Assembly (NCBI GenBank): GCA_947259765.1 | Contig: CAMYNG010000003.1 | Coordinates: 35,540-99,539 of the forward strand | Reading direction: 5' to 3' | Length of the DNA stretch: 64,000 nucleotides | DNA from: an uncultured Ectothiorhodospiraceae bacterium | GTDB taxonomy: Bacteria > Pseudomonadota > Gammaproteobacteria > CAMYNG01 | Part shown: one piece after another, positions 47,431-57,383 of the stretch | How the letters are laid out: every line of letters begins with the position of its first letter | Position numbering within the stretch: the first letter of the stretch is position 1 | Made by a program: the position numbers and the translations under genes | The notes under the pieces: model-generated | Told to the model about the DNA's origin: nothing | Seen by the model: the letters and a program-made list of their open reading frames with translations, nothing else | Databases searched by the model: none

Positions 47431-47450
47431 TGTTAAGTCTTCAGCAGGAT

Positions 47451-48647
47451 TCAGTTTGCTGTTGCGGGGCTGTCCGGCAACGGAGTCTGATGTTCAACGT
47501 ATTCGATCTCATGCCCGCCAATCCTGAACACATCTCCACTACGTAAAGAATGCCATTTAATTTTTTTCTTGCCCAGGAAGGTACCATTGGAACTATCCAG
47601 ATCTTGAAGAAAAAACACGTCATTGATACGCACCAATTGTGCATGCGAGCGACTCACGCGCTTGTCATGAATAAAAATATCTTTATCGGACTGTCTACCG
47701 AGCAGGACTCGTTGTTTTTTCAACAAGTGCTCGGCAATGATCGTGCCTTTGGAGCGTACGATAAGCTTGGCACCCACGGGTGGCAGATGCGGAGAGCCAC
47801 CGGCAGCAGCGCGCTCTTCAGCGTCGGACGAATCGACGAATAATTCCCAGCCAAGATCCTCAATCACCTTGTTTACACACTCAACATCAGGCTCAGACTT
47901 TTGGCGCGCGAAGGTTTCATCGAGCACTTTGCTGCCCAATATGTTGATTAGCGCGGGCACACCACCTGTATAACGGTAAATGAGGGAATTCACATCCGCG
48001 CCAAAAGCAAGCTTACTGTTTTCACCTGCATGCGCGACTCTGTGCTGAATATAGCTTCCCACCTCATTTTCCAACAACGGATTTAATCTATAGGTAAAGC
48101 GGATCTGTTGGCGAGGAAACTCTTCATTGGTACTCTCGATGACCTCGCCAAGCTGTGGCCGCCCCACAAACAACAGGTTAATTTTGCTGAAGCCGTGCCT
48201 GTCAGGCTTAGCGAGCGTGCGTAATTGAATAAGCACATCCCGACTCAAGCGATGGGCATCGTCGACAATAATGGTCACCACTTTGCCGTGTAAATGCTGG
48301 CGAAGCCCGAACTGTTCAATGGCGTGGGCCAGCTCGTCGGCGGCGATATTCTTCGTTTCAATTCCGAGTTGCATGCACACCGCCAACAACAGCTCGGTGG
48401 GAGCCAATTCCGGCTGGCTCAGGCAGGCCGCTATTACGGTTTCACCGTTTTTCTGCAGCACATGGTGCAGTGTCGCTGTCTTGCCGCTACCGGCATCGCC
48501 AAGAATCAAACCGAGGCCGTCACTGTCCCGCAGCAAATACTCTATATAGGAACGTGCAGTGTCATGACCGGTGCTAAGGTAAATTGCGTCCCCGCCATCC
48601 ACCTGTCGGAAAGGTTGTTGTTCTAGCTTGAAGAATTCGCGGTACAT
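47451..48647 (-). CDS. ExeA/GspA-like AAA ATPase fused to a C-terminal FHA domain
   Basis: N-terminal FFKLEQQPF and Walker A GDAGSGKT, Walker B IIVDDAH. The C-terminal VLLGRQSDKDIFIHDKRVSRSHAQL..QDLDSSNGTFL is an FHA domain. Confidence 0.75.
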   Translation of the reverse strand: MYREFFKLEQQPFRQVDGGDAIYLSTGHDTARSYIEYLLRDSDGLGLILGDAGSGKTATLHHVLQKNGETVIAACLSQPELAPTELLLAVCMQLGIETKNIAADELAHAIEQFGLRQHLHGKVVTIIVDDAHRLSRDVLIQLRTLAKPDRHGFSKINLLFVGRPQLGEVIESTNEEFPRQQIRFTYRLNPLLENEVGSYIQHRVAHAGENSKLAFGADVNSLIYRYTGGVPALINILGSKVLDETFARQKSEPDVECVNKVIEDLGWELFVDSSDAEERAAAGGSPHLPPVGAKLIVRSKGTIIAEHLLKKQRVLLGRQSDKDIFIHDKRVSRSHAQLVRINDVFFLQDLDSSNGTFLGKKKIKWHSLRSGDVFRIGGHEIEYVEHQTPLPDSPATAN

Positions 48648-48929
48648 CGTTTTCAGTGCTTCGCTCCTGAACCACTGCCTGTTACCACCGAGTCAGTGGC
48701 CGAAACAACGAGAACAAGATAATTAGTTGTTTTTACGGTATTTTTCCGAATCGCGGCCCGTCATATGCCCAGGCTTCCCAATAGTCACCAATTAGAGTCA
48801 TTCGCCACTGAAAAAGCAATAATACAAAAGTCAGGCCGACGACCTGGTGCGTACCGAATGATGGTCCGTACGTGCCACGTTCGGCTCAGGATTGTTCGAG
48901 TTGCAGGGCTTGTTTATGCTGCCACGTAT

Positions 48930-49595
48930 TCAGGAAAGATAGGCCCCGAAGATGGATTCCTGCTTACGCAGGTAGGTTTCCAGGATCGCGTCATAGTCAT
49001 CGGGCACACTTTGAACTACCGCCGGGTAGTCAAGCAGCCTGGTTCCCCAGGCAGTTAGCTTCGGCGCATCAGCAAGAAAGTTCTTATCGCTATACTTCGT
49101 AATCGCGTGGTGGAACCGTATGAGCGGTGCATAGACCATATCGATAATGCAAAACTTGGTCCCATTAAAAAAAGGCTCACCGGAAAAAAATTCCTCGAAC
49201 GTTTCAAAACGCTCCAGCAGCAGGACTTCCAGTTGTTTGTACACGTCCTGATCGTTAGTTGTATAAAATCGAAACGTCAGACTCAAAACGTCATTACCAA
49301 ATTCAATCCAGGCGCGATTCAATGCGCGATTAAATGCATCTTCCGGATGCAGGGTTCCGGGTGTGATCTCATCGAGATACTCACAGATTGCCAGCGATTC
49401 AAACAACGGCTTACCGTCAACCAAAAGCACCGGTACCTTTTCCAATGGGGAAATATCGTAAAACCAGGCTGGCGGTTCTTGTAAATCTATATATTCAATA
49501 TCGTGTGCAATGTTTTTTTCCACAAGAATGCCTCTGGCGCGCTGTACGTAGGGACAAAGCGGAAAACTGATAAGTTTAAATTCAGGAAGATCCAT
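48930..49595 (-). CDS. Glutathione S-transferase family protein
   Basis: Thioredoxin-like N-terminus (FPLCPYVQRARGIL, EKVPVLLVDG) and a helical C-domain. The ATG at 49595 is preferred. Confidence 0.75.
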   Translation of the reverse strand: MDLPEFKLISFPLCPYVQRARGILVEKNIAHDIEYIDLQEPPAWFYDISPLEKVPVLLVDGKPLFESLAICEYLDEITPGTLHPEDAFNRALNRAWIEFGNDVLSLTFRFYTTNDQDVYKQLEVLLLERFETFEEFFSGEPFFNGTKFCIIDMVYAPLIRFHHAITKYSDKNFLADAPKLTAWGTRLLDYPAVVQSVPDDYDAILETYLRKQESIFGAYLS

Positions 49596-49659
49596 ATAAG
49601 CTGTTCCATTTTGTTGGGGACTTGCCAATGTTTATCATAGGTAAGTCTTCAGGGCGGAT

Positions 49660-50166
49660 TCAAATCCGGTCGTGCTTAAAATCCACCAGCCACTCGTCGG
49701 CCATCCAGTTGGCGTTGGCCTCGGTGTTCTTCAAATTAACCTGTCGGGAATGACTTAGAAAGTGAAAGCATTCATGCGCAAGTGTATGCACAGCGCATTC
49801 CTCCAGATCCTGAAACACAAATGCCGTTTCTCCCGAATACCAGCCCTGCTTGAAGTCTTTGCACGGAACACGACCCCAGTGGATGTATTTAAATGGTGGC
49901 GGCATCTCCACGTTTACACTGGCGCGGATTCGATATCCGGATTTAAACGAACGCGCCCGCGGTCGGGTACGAACCGGGTAGGTACAACACCCGTGCAAGA
50001 TCGCCTTGCCGTGCAAAGGCAACAGCTTAATCCATTCGAGCGTTGAAGTATCAAATCGTGAGAGACGGTCGCTTATGAAATCAAGCACGTGGGGCATGAC
50101 GACTTTGTCGATCAGCGTACAGGGCTCCGAACTCATAGTCGGACTGGGCTTTTTGGTGTTCGGCAT
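49660..50166 (-). CDS. Hypothetical protein with HExxH motif
   Basis: HTLAHECFHFLSH. I recognise no family. Confidence 0.4.
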   Translation of the reverse strand: MPNTKKPSPTMSSEPCTLIDKVVMPHVLDFISDRLSRFDTSTLEWIKLLPLHGKAILHGCCTYPVRTRPRARSFKSGYRIRASVNVEMPPPFKYIHWGRVPCKDFKQGWYSGETAFVFQDLEECAVHTLAHECFHFLSHSRQVNLKNTEANANWMADEWLVDFKHDRI

Positions 50167-50438
50167 AGCCTGTATTCACCCCTTTGTGGTTTCACCCGCT
50201 TGGTGAGCCGGATTGTCTGTGCTTCCGCCTGTTGTCCGCAAGCGAAAATTATTGTGTGTGATCGCGTTGGCATATTTGCCTGTCGGTTGGAAAAAGTTCG
50301 CCCTCCTACCTTGTTAAACGTTAATTTTGGGAATATACTCCCAAACATGCAGCTCCTAGAACGTATGGCTGTCTTGCCCTGAGTTGCAACGGGATTGTTT
50401 TTATATTTTAAAATTAGTGCGTTACGGAGGATACTCAC

Positions 50439-51485
50439 ATGAAATCACATTTTCCACAGGCTTTGCTGGTTTCCGGCTTATCCGTTATGGGCCTGACCAC
50501 TCTCGGGCTCGTTGCCTGTGGTGGTGGCGGCGGCGGTGATGAACCCGCAAGCTCGGATAACAGTGTCGCGGCCGTTGGCCAAATAACGGGATTCGGCTCG
50601 GTAATTGTCAATGGCATCCGTTTTGAAACAACCGGGACCTCTTTTGAGGTGGATGACGTGGCGGGCAGTCAGTCCGATCTGGATATCGGTATGGTGGTCA
50701 CCGTCTACGGCAGTAAAAGCGACGACGGCACCAGCGGCCACGCCGACCGCATTGTCTACGACGATGAACTGGAAGGCCCGATAGAAAACGTTATGACCTC
50801 CTACAACGGCAATCCGGATCTAACGTTGATAACCATTTTGCAAATCGATGTCGTCGTCTCGCGAACTAAAACGGATTTTGATGATGACTACCCGGGTTTT
50901 GACTTTGACAGCATGAAAGTCGGCGATTCTGTTGAGGTAAGTGGCTACTTTGACGGCAACGGAAAATTGTTTGCCACCCATATCGAGAAAGAAAGCGATT
51001 ACGATGACCTCGACCCCGACAAGACGCACATCGAAATCAAGGGGATCGTCGACAGCCTCGATACCCAGGCCAAGACATTCAAGCTCGGTATGGTGACCGT
51101 GAGGTATGACGACACCACTGATATGAGCGAGTTGCAGGAATATGGCAAAACGCTTGAAAACGGCTTGTTCGTTGAGGTGGAAGGCCGGATGACCGATACT
51201 CCCGATACCGTTTTTGCCTCCGAAATCGAAGTCGAGGACGACTTTGACGAAGAAGGTGAAGCCGAAATCGAAGGCATTGTCAGCGGGTTTACCGATATCA
51301 GCAGCAATTTCACCATTAACGGCATGACGGTCAATGCAGCAAATGCAAAGTTCGAACCCAGTGAGCTTGCTGCTACATTGTCGGACGGAATGATGGTTGA
51401 GGCAGAGGGCACGTTTGTTGACGGTGTCCTGCAAGCATATGAGCTTGAGCTGGAAGATGATGATTTTGACGAGGATGACAGCTAG
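50439..51485 (+). CDS. DUF5666-repeat lipoprotein
   Basis: Lipobox LVACGGGGGG, GQITGFGSVIVNGIRFET, and repeated V-E-V/A-E-G beta units. The protein is very acidic. Confidence 0.7.
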   Translation: MKSHFPQALLVSGLSVMGLTTLGLVACGGGGGGDEPASSDNSVAAVGQITGFGSVIVNGIRFETTGTSFEVDDVAGSQSDLDIGMVVTVYGSKSDDGTSGHADRIVYDDELEGPIENVMTSYNGNPDLTLITILQIDVVVSRTKTDFDDDYPGFDFDSMKVGDSVEVSGYFDGNGKLFATHIEKESDYDDLDPDKTHIEIKGIVDSLDTQAKTFKLGMVTVRYDDTTDMSELQEYGKTLENGLFVEVEGRMTDTPDTVFASEIEVEDDFDEEGEAEIEGIVSGFTDISSNFTINGMTVNAANAKFEPSELAATLSDGMMVEAEGTFVDGVLQAYELELEDDDFDEDDS

Positions 51486-51574
51486 CCGCGAACTTTAGAG
51501 ACGTCAGCCGGCCCGGGTTGAAGCATAACCTGGTAGAAGGCGCAGACGCCCATTAAAGGTTGGTATCAAATTGG

Positions 51575-51608
51575 CAAAGGCCGAGCACCGAAAAGGGCTC
51601 GGCCTTTG
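51575..51608. terminator. Bidirectional hairpin terminator between convergent genes
   Basis: A 12-bp stem CAAAGGCCGAGC/GCTCGGCCTTTG followed by tacTTTTa. Confidence 0.7.
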
Positions 51609-51676
51609 TACTTTTACAGCACCATTTTTGAGTATTAGGAGCGGCCTGCGTCGGCTCTACCGTCGTATCAAGACCA

Positions 51677-52024
51677 TTAAAAATGGTAAAACTGCTCGTT
51701 AAGGTACATCACCACGTCGGTAACTTCGCTGTCGCCCCATTTGAGTTCGAGCTCGCCCGACCAACGCACGACCCAGCCCCTCAATGCTGCAAGATTTTTA
51801 GCCTTTCGTGCGTTACGTACATGGACCACACTATCGTGACAAGCGATGCAGTGATTCTCGTACAATTGGCGCCCTCGTGGCGCAGGCGGCGGAGTTGCTG
51901 GTGAAGTCTCCGGAGCTACGGATTGCTCAGGCTTATCCTTCAATTGCGTTTCAACATCGCTGGGAAGCGCCTCGACACTGAAAACCATTACCAGCCCCAA
52001 TCCAATTGTCATGAAAATTCGCAC
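51677..52024 (-). CDS. Small exported c-type cytochrome
   Basis: Signal peptide and a single CIACH heme-binding motif. Confidence 0.7.
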   Translation of the reverse strand: MRIFMTIGLGLVMVFSVEALPSDVETQLKDKPEQSVAPETSPATPPPAPRGRQLYENHCIACHDSVVHVRNARKAKNLAALRGWVVRWSGELELKWGDSEVTDVVMYLNEQFYHF

Positions 52025-52229
52025 GAACCCTCCTGCTGCAAATTGTCCCCTGTTTAAAATTATAGTTGATCACGTTCTTTGCGCGCATTGAAATCAAGAT
52101 CACGTAACAAGGAGCCTTGAAACCGTCCGCCGCAAAAAGCGGCCAACCCGGTATGGGTCAAAGTAAAAGATTTGCGGATCTGACATGCCTCCAACCCGCT
52201 CCTTGGCAACACCTTTTCGGATCAGTTCT

Positions 52230-52724
52230 CTAGGCTTGATACAACCCGTGTCTTCGGTGCCAGTCCAGGATACTCTCGTCCGGATAACGATTAAAATGTC
52301 GATCCGTGTTCGTATTTGCAACGTTAACCCACGGCGCGATAAAGTCGAGCATGATGTGTACCTGCTCGGGCGGCTTCGGTAAAGATGTATCAACGACAGA
52401 AGCAAAAGGATAGATCCACTCGGGCCAGCGCGGGTCGGCTACCCACAAAGGACTCCCACACTGTTTACAAAAAAAACGTTTGGCCGGGCTGTTATTCAGC
52501 TCACCTGGCCGATCCGGATCGTCAGTTGCACCAAAATGAAAAGCGAGTTGGTTTTCGCCCTCCACCTTGAGTGACTGCGCCTGCGCCATTATATTAATGG
52601 CATATCCTCCCGCTCCCGCCGTTTTCCGACATATAGAGCAGTAACAACGCATATACGGATAAGGTGTATGTGATACAACCGTATACCTAACTGCCCCGCA
52701 GTAGCAGGACGCGTCAATTTGCAT
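52230..52724 (-). CDS. GFA/CENP-V-family Zn-binding protein
   Basis: CYCGAVRY, CYCSICRK and CKQCGSPLW cysteine clusters. An AAGGAGG Shine-Dalgarno sequence lies 5 nt before the ATG at 52724. Confidence 0.75.
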   Translation of the reverse strand: MQIDASCYCGAVRYTVVSHTPYPYMRCYCSICRKTAGAGGYAINIMAQAQSLKVEGENQLAFHFGATDDPDRPGELNNSPAKRFFCKQCGSPLWVADPRWPEWIYPFASVVDTSLPKPPEQVHIMLDFIAPWVNVANTNTDRHFNRYPDESILDWHRRHGLYQA

Positions 52725-52858
52725 TCGACCCTCCTTCATTAAAAATTTCGCAATTGTTAAAACAAAACGGACTTTCCATTAAAGCGGATTGACTGCAACA
52801 CGGGTTGAATTTTTATTCCAAATAACTGAAAACTGCCGGCTTATGGATTACGATTACG

Positions 52859-53950
52859 GTGATGTTGTTGAAGATCAGTCAGTTTGGTGTTGCGCTAAGG
52901 CCCGCCCGTATGACCCAGGCAGTATGGATCATAGGCCTGTTGATCACAATGACAGGTGCCCCTGGCAAGGTACTGGCGCAGGACGATGCGGCAGAAGTGC
53001 CTCCCGAGCACGTACCCACAGCACAGGCCGAACAGTCGGAGCAGGCAGAAGAGCAAAAATCCGAGCCGTTCGAGGACGACTGGCCTTACGTAGATGCCTC
53101 CCACCGCGCCATTTCCAGCGCACTGGAGTTGACGGTGAAAAAGATTGATGTGTTTTTCGCCGACAGCAAAGTATATCGCGACGCAACCAACAGTTACCTG
53201 CAGTTAACCGGTGATGTCATTTTTCGCGAGCAGCGTGAAGTTGATCTTGATGGCCGGGTACGCGCCAAGGTCAGCTTGCCCAAAACCAAGGAGCGGCTTA
53301 AATTTTTGATCGAAACCGATCCGCAAGAACGCATCAATATCGAGGGCAACGCGCCCAGTGCGCCACCGCCCGCATCCCCTGACAATGCCGACGAGACTGA
53401 CTACTTTGCTTCCCTGGAAAAGGTCTTTCCTGAACTAAAACGCTGGGATATCCGCCCATCCGTTGGCATAAAATTTAACTCGCCGGTTGATCCTTTTGTC
53501 CGTCTACGCTTGCGGCGCAACACGAATTTCGCAAAATGGGCTTTTCGATTCGAACAAAATTTTTTCTGGTTCGATTCGGTGGGGACGGTTTCCAACACGC
53601 TGCTGGAGTTCAATCGCGAGCTGACCAAACGAATGCTGTTTCGAAGCAGCTCAGGAGCAACCTATCGGCGCGAAACCCGAGAGTTTGAGTTAAGCCAGAC
53701 CTTTACGGTCTTTCATACCTTGAGCGAGCGCCGGGCACTGGCTTATGAAACCGGTGTTTTTGGAACCGACGAGCCAACCGTTGAGGCCAGCCGCTATTTT
53801 GTCAGTGTCCGCTATCGCCAACTCATACACAAGAAGTGGCTGTTCGTTGAACTCATTCCCGCAGTCAGTTTTTCCAAAGAGGACGATTGGGGCCCAACCA
53901 ACTCTTTAATCCTGCGCTTCGATATTGTATTCGGGCAACAGTATATTTGA
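52859..53950 (+). CDS. Exported hypothetical protein
   Basis: Signal-peptide-like AVWIIGLLITMTGAPGKVLAQ, with an alternative start at 52910, and an acidic N-region. I recognise no family. Confidence 0.5.
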   Translation: MMLLKISQFGVALRPARMTQAVWIIGLLITMTGAPGKVLAQDDAAEVPPEHVPTAQAEQSEQAEEQKSEPFEDDWPYVDASHRAISSALELTVKKIDVFFADSKVYRDATNSYLQLTGDVIFREQREVDLDGRVRAKVSLPKTKERLKFLIETDPQERINIEGNAPSAPPPASPDNADETDYFASLEKVFPELKRWDIRPSVGIKFNSPVDPFVRLRLRRNTNFAKWAFRFEQNFFWFDSVGTVSNTLLEFNRELTKRMLFRSSSGATYRRETREFELSQTFTVFHTLSERRALAYETGVFGTDEPTVEASRYFVSVRYRQLIHKKWLFVELIPAVSFSKEDDWGPTNSLILRFDIVFGQQYI

Positions 53951-53985
53951 GTTCAAGTCTGTTGCTGCCAGCACATATCCGTGCC

Positions 53986-56280
53986 TCAAGGCACCGGCGT
54001 TTGAATCCAGGTCAGAATATCCTGATACCCCTGGCCATTGACGTTAAGAATCGCACCACCACCATGTCCCTGGCCAATGGCCTTTTGCAACAATCGGCTA
54101 CCGGCAGGGTTATTAATGTTGGCATGCTTTGCGGCTTCGGAAAAATTAGTCTTCATTTGCTGTGAGCTAAACAAAGGCAGGTAGTAGATATCGTAGCTGC
54201 CGCTACCGTTGGGAACCTCATGGCAATCCGTGCACGCCGCGGACAACACGGGATCGGCCAGTTTTTGATATAACTCCAGATCGAGCTGCCCGCTGACCTT
54301 GGCGTTAACACTTACGGAAATGGTCGCATTGTCAGTACCACCCTTTCCGTCGGCAACGGCAAAGGTAAAGGAGTCGGTAACACCTGCAGTGTTTTGCGGT
54401 GGTTCGTAACGAACAATTTTTAATTGGTTGAAAACCCGATCACCCTCAAGTACCACGGTCCCACCGAGCGCGGTTGCCGCCTGCGGTAAAGAGTAAACAA
54501 GATTATCGCCATCCGCGTCATTTACCAAAGTGGACAAATCAACCTGTAACGTCGTATTGGTTTCCGTAGAAGTATTTAGAGGTGAGGCTACCGGTGGATT
54601 GTTGGCGTTTGCATTTATCGCAACGCTCACCACTGCTGTTGCCACACCGCCGTTGCCGTCATCTGCAACGTAAACAAAAGCATCGGTGATATTTGTTTGA
54701 TTTGCGGGCGGTATATAACTCACCGAGGTTCCGTTAATCGTCACACTACCACCCCGTGTGGTGGCCGCAAAAGGCAACGAGTAAGTTATAACATCATTGT
54801 TGTTCGGATCGTTGGCCTTACCCGCGAGGCTAATCTGCACCGGGGTGTTAATTACCGTGGTAGCGGAAACCGACTGCGCGGCCGGACGAATATTCATACC
54901 TCCGCTTACCGCCTGATCGTTGAGCCAGCTTAATGTTAGATTTATGGCATTCTTTTCGATACCCAGGAAGCCGTGATATTGCAATGCTGCACAGGTATCA
55001 ACAACACTGGAGTCATTGAAGCCTCCGGTTACACCATTGCTCTCAACCTGTTGGTTACCGAGTGATAGTGCTAACACGCCAGCCAGTGCATCGGTATCCA
55101 TAGGACTGCTAATGGCGCACCCATCCGCTACATGCTTCAATAACTGGATCGGTCGATCAACAAACGCCGGCTGCAACCGAGGGTAGCCGAGACGATTGAG
55201 ATATAGTCGGTTTGGAAAATTACCGTCCTCACTGGTTACCGGACTGGCCACTGCCACACCCGCGGCCATGTTGTTCATGGAAAACACTGACAGGGCACCA
55301 CGATCATAACCGACAAAGAAGACTTTACGGTTGTTTACGCCAAGTGTTGTAAGCACCTGCGCAACGTCCACCGCCTGGTCCACCGAAAGCCGGTACTGAT
55401 CCAAATCCTCTACGGGATCTGCAACGTTAGCCGTGGGTCGGTCTGAAGGTCGATTAATCGCTAAGGTGATAAAGCCGTTATCAGCGAACAACTGCGCACT
55501 GCGAATCAGGAAGTCTGGCCCGGCGGTCGCAACCGTGCCGTTGGCAATGTTACCCGTAATTCCGGTATCCATGCCACCACCAGCGAACAGTACTACAATC
55601 CCCTTGGGGATCGCCGCAGTAGGAGGCTGGTGAATCATGTAATCCAATGTTACAGCCTGATCGCCGCCCATGCCGTTGGCGGTCTGTCGGCTGGTGATCA
55701 TATTGTACTGGCCACAACTGGCGGAATTAATCCGATTAGCGGTACCGTCGCCGTTAGCCACGCTGGAGTCGGAACACAGATTGCGATTGTTGGGATTGGC
55801 GACCGCGATGGAATAACTGACCGAGATCGTTTGCGGACTGCCCGGCAACAACTGGGTACACGCCTGATCATAACAGGCATTGGCAGTTATCGTTTCGGCG
55901 TGAACACCGGCTCCCAGTGCAGCGGGAGGCTTCGGCACCACCTGCAGATTACCTGTGTTCGGACCCGTGGAGTTGATGGAAACGTCACTTAAAATGTTTC
56001 GCGGCGCGCTCACGCTGAAAAATACTGTCGCGCCTGCATTGGTCGCTTCGATATTGATCGCCTCAGTGGCCGGCACCGGATCAGTCGTCGCTGCGTTAAA
56101 GCTCACACTGCTGCTCGCAACGGCGAAATTCGGTGTGCTCGGAGTTGGCGCCGAGGGCGGCGTTGCAGGCGGGGTCGCGGGTGACGGTAAAGAATCACCT
56201 CCGCCGCCTCCACAGGCAACCAAACCGCAAGCGGAGACAAACATCGTAATAGGTAAAACTGCTCGAGTGATCAAGCGCAT
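53986..56280 (-). CDS. Large lipoprotein with Ig/cadherin-like repeats, an alpha/beta-fold-like core and a C-terminal CxxCH module
   Basis: The ATG at 56280 gives lipobox VSAC/LVAC followed by GGGGG. Two repeats have the form ..YSLP.AAT..GG.V...G..V.Y.PP.N..G.TD.F.....DG.GG. The C-terminal sequence is CTDCH...HGGG. Confidence 0.65.
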   Translation of the reverse strand: MRLITRAVLPITMFVSACGLVACGGGGGDSLPSPATPPATPPSAPTPSTPNFAVASSSVSFNAATTDPVPATEAINIEATNAGATVFFSVSAPRNILSDVSINSTGPNTGNLQVVPKPPAALGAGVHAETITANACYDQACTQLLPGSPQTISVSYSIAVANPNNRNLCSDSSVANGDGTANRINSASCGQYNMITSRQTANGMGGDQAVTLDYMIHQPPTAAIPKGIVVLFAGGGMDTGITGNIANGTVATAGPDFLIRSAQLFADNGFITLAINRPSDRPTANVADPVEDLDQYRLSVDQAVDVAQVLTTLGVNNRKVFFVGYDRGALSVFSMNNMAAGVAVASPVTSEDGNFPNRLYLNRLGYPRLQPAFVDRPIQLLKHVADGCAISSPMDTDALAGVLALSLGNQQVESNGVTGGFNDSSVVDTCAALQYHGFLGIEKNAINLTLSWLNDQAVSGGMNIRPAAQSVSATTVINTPVQISLAGKANDPNNNDVITYSLPFAATTRGGSVTINGTSVSYIPPANQTNITDAFVYVADDGNGGVATAVVSVAINANANNPPVASPLNTSTETNTTLQVDLSTLVNDADGDNLVYSLPQAATALGGTVVLEGDRVFNQLKIVRYEPPQNTAGVTDSFTFAVADGKGGTDNATISVSVNAKVSGQLDLELYQKLADPVLSAACTDCHEVPNGSGSYDIYYLPLFSSQQMKTNFSEAAKHANINNPAGSRLLQKAIGQGHGGGAILNVNGQGYQDILTWIQTPVP

Positions 56281-56484
56281 CGAATTCCCCCTGCCGCGCA
56301 CTTCTGTTGTTTTTTCAATACGGATTTTTATCAGTTGCGCAGGCGCAAGGGTAACCACCGGTTCACAGTTTTCCGGCGTTATCAAAACGTAAGCCCATGA
56401 AATGGCGGGAGTTGTCTACTTTGTCACAGTTTTCCGCTGTGAAAAGCAAGCGCCGGGAGTGTGCTAGGAGAGATCCAGAAGGTT

Positions 56485-57297
56485 TCAGAACATAATGTTC
56501 ATATAAGCGGTGGGGCCCTGAAAAGCGTATTTGAAGTCGCCCCGTAAGTCGGCGTCCTCGGCTTTCAGGTCAAATTGAAACAGCGAATAGCCAAATCCAA
56601 AGCCGACGTTATCGAAAGTATCGTGTTCCACCACCGCAGTGACATTCAGCATACTACCGTCGAAATTTTCGAAGTTTAAGGCGAACACCTGCCCCCAGCC
56701 CCGAAACCGCCATTTGTGTGGTAAAGCCACCGAACCGAACAGACCAAACATGGGCAAGGGTGCGGTTGCATCCGCAGACTCATCAACAACACCGTTCAGG
56801 GTTTTCATGCCCAGCCCGATTTCAGTAACGTGTAAGCCGGCCAGCAGTCCGGCTTCATGGTTATCACTCTGTGAAAAGGAATAGCCATAGGCGAGTCGGA
56901 ATATGCGGCTCTCAAAAAAGCTGTCGACTTGTGCGCTGACCGGAAACGTGCTGTCGCCCAGCTTCACTTCTCCTGACAATTGCTTGACGCTGCTACGAGA
57001 CAAATCGTAATAGGTTATACCGACTCGATGCCGGTTGCCCAAGCGTGCAAAAAAATCAATCCACGGCAGGCTTTCGCTGTCGCCAAAATCCAGATCATCT
57101 TCCAGGTTCAGACTGGTACCAAAACTCCCGTCCGTAGCGTCCAGGCGAATTTCCGTATTTGTCTTGGCACTGAAAGCGCCCAGACTGGCCACGAAACGTT
57201 TGCGCTTGTTCTCCTCAGCCGATGCGGCAGCAGGCACCAATACTGTCACCAGAAAAGAAAGCAGAATAAGAAATGTGTAACGATGATTGACTTGCAT
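56485..57297 (-). CDS. Outer-membrane beta-barrel protein
   Basis: The internal ATG at 57297 gives a signal peptide ending AASA. The protein has an alternating strand pattern and a C-terminal ..AYMNIMF. Confidence 0.65.
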   Translation of the reverse strand: MQVNHRYTFLILLSFLVTVLVPAAASAEENKRKRFVASLGAFSAKTNTEIRLDATDGSFGTSLNLEDDLDFGDSESLPWIDFFARLGNRHRVGITYYDLSRSSVKQLSGEVKLGDSTFPVSAQVDSFFESRIFRLAYGYSFSQSDNHEAGLLAGLHVTEIGLGMKTLNGVVDESADATAPLPMFGLFGSVALPHKWRFRGWGQVFALNFENFDGSMLNVTAVVEHDTFDNVGFGFGYSLFQFDLKAEDADLRGDFKYAFQGPTAYMNIMF

Positions 57298-57383
57298 AAT
57301 GAGTCCCTCGGCGCGATACAGGCATGAAGCACCACTCAATTTATTGTTATTCGACCAAACTGTGTCACTGATTAGCCCCGTAT

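Noticed and set aside
50820-51434. A 204-aa ORF and a 137-aa ORF antisense to the DUF5666 lipoprotein gene.
   Set aside because: This is an artefact of the GAx/GTx-rich acidic repeat coding sequence on the plus strand, and no motifs are present.
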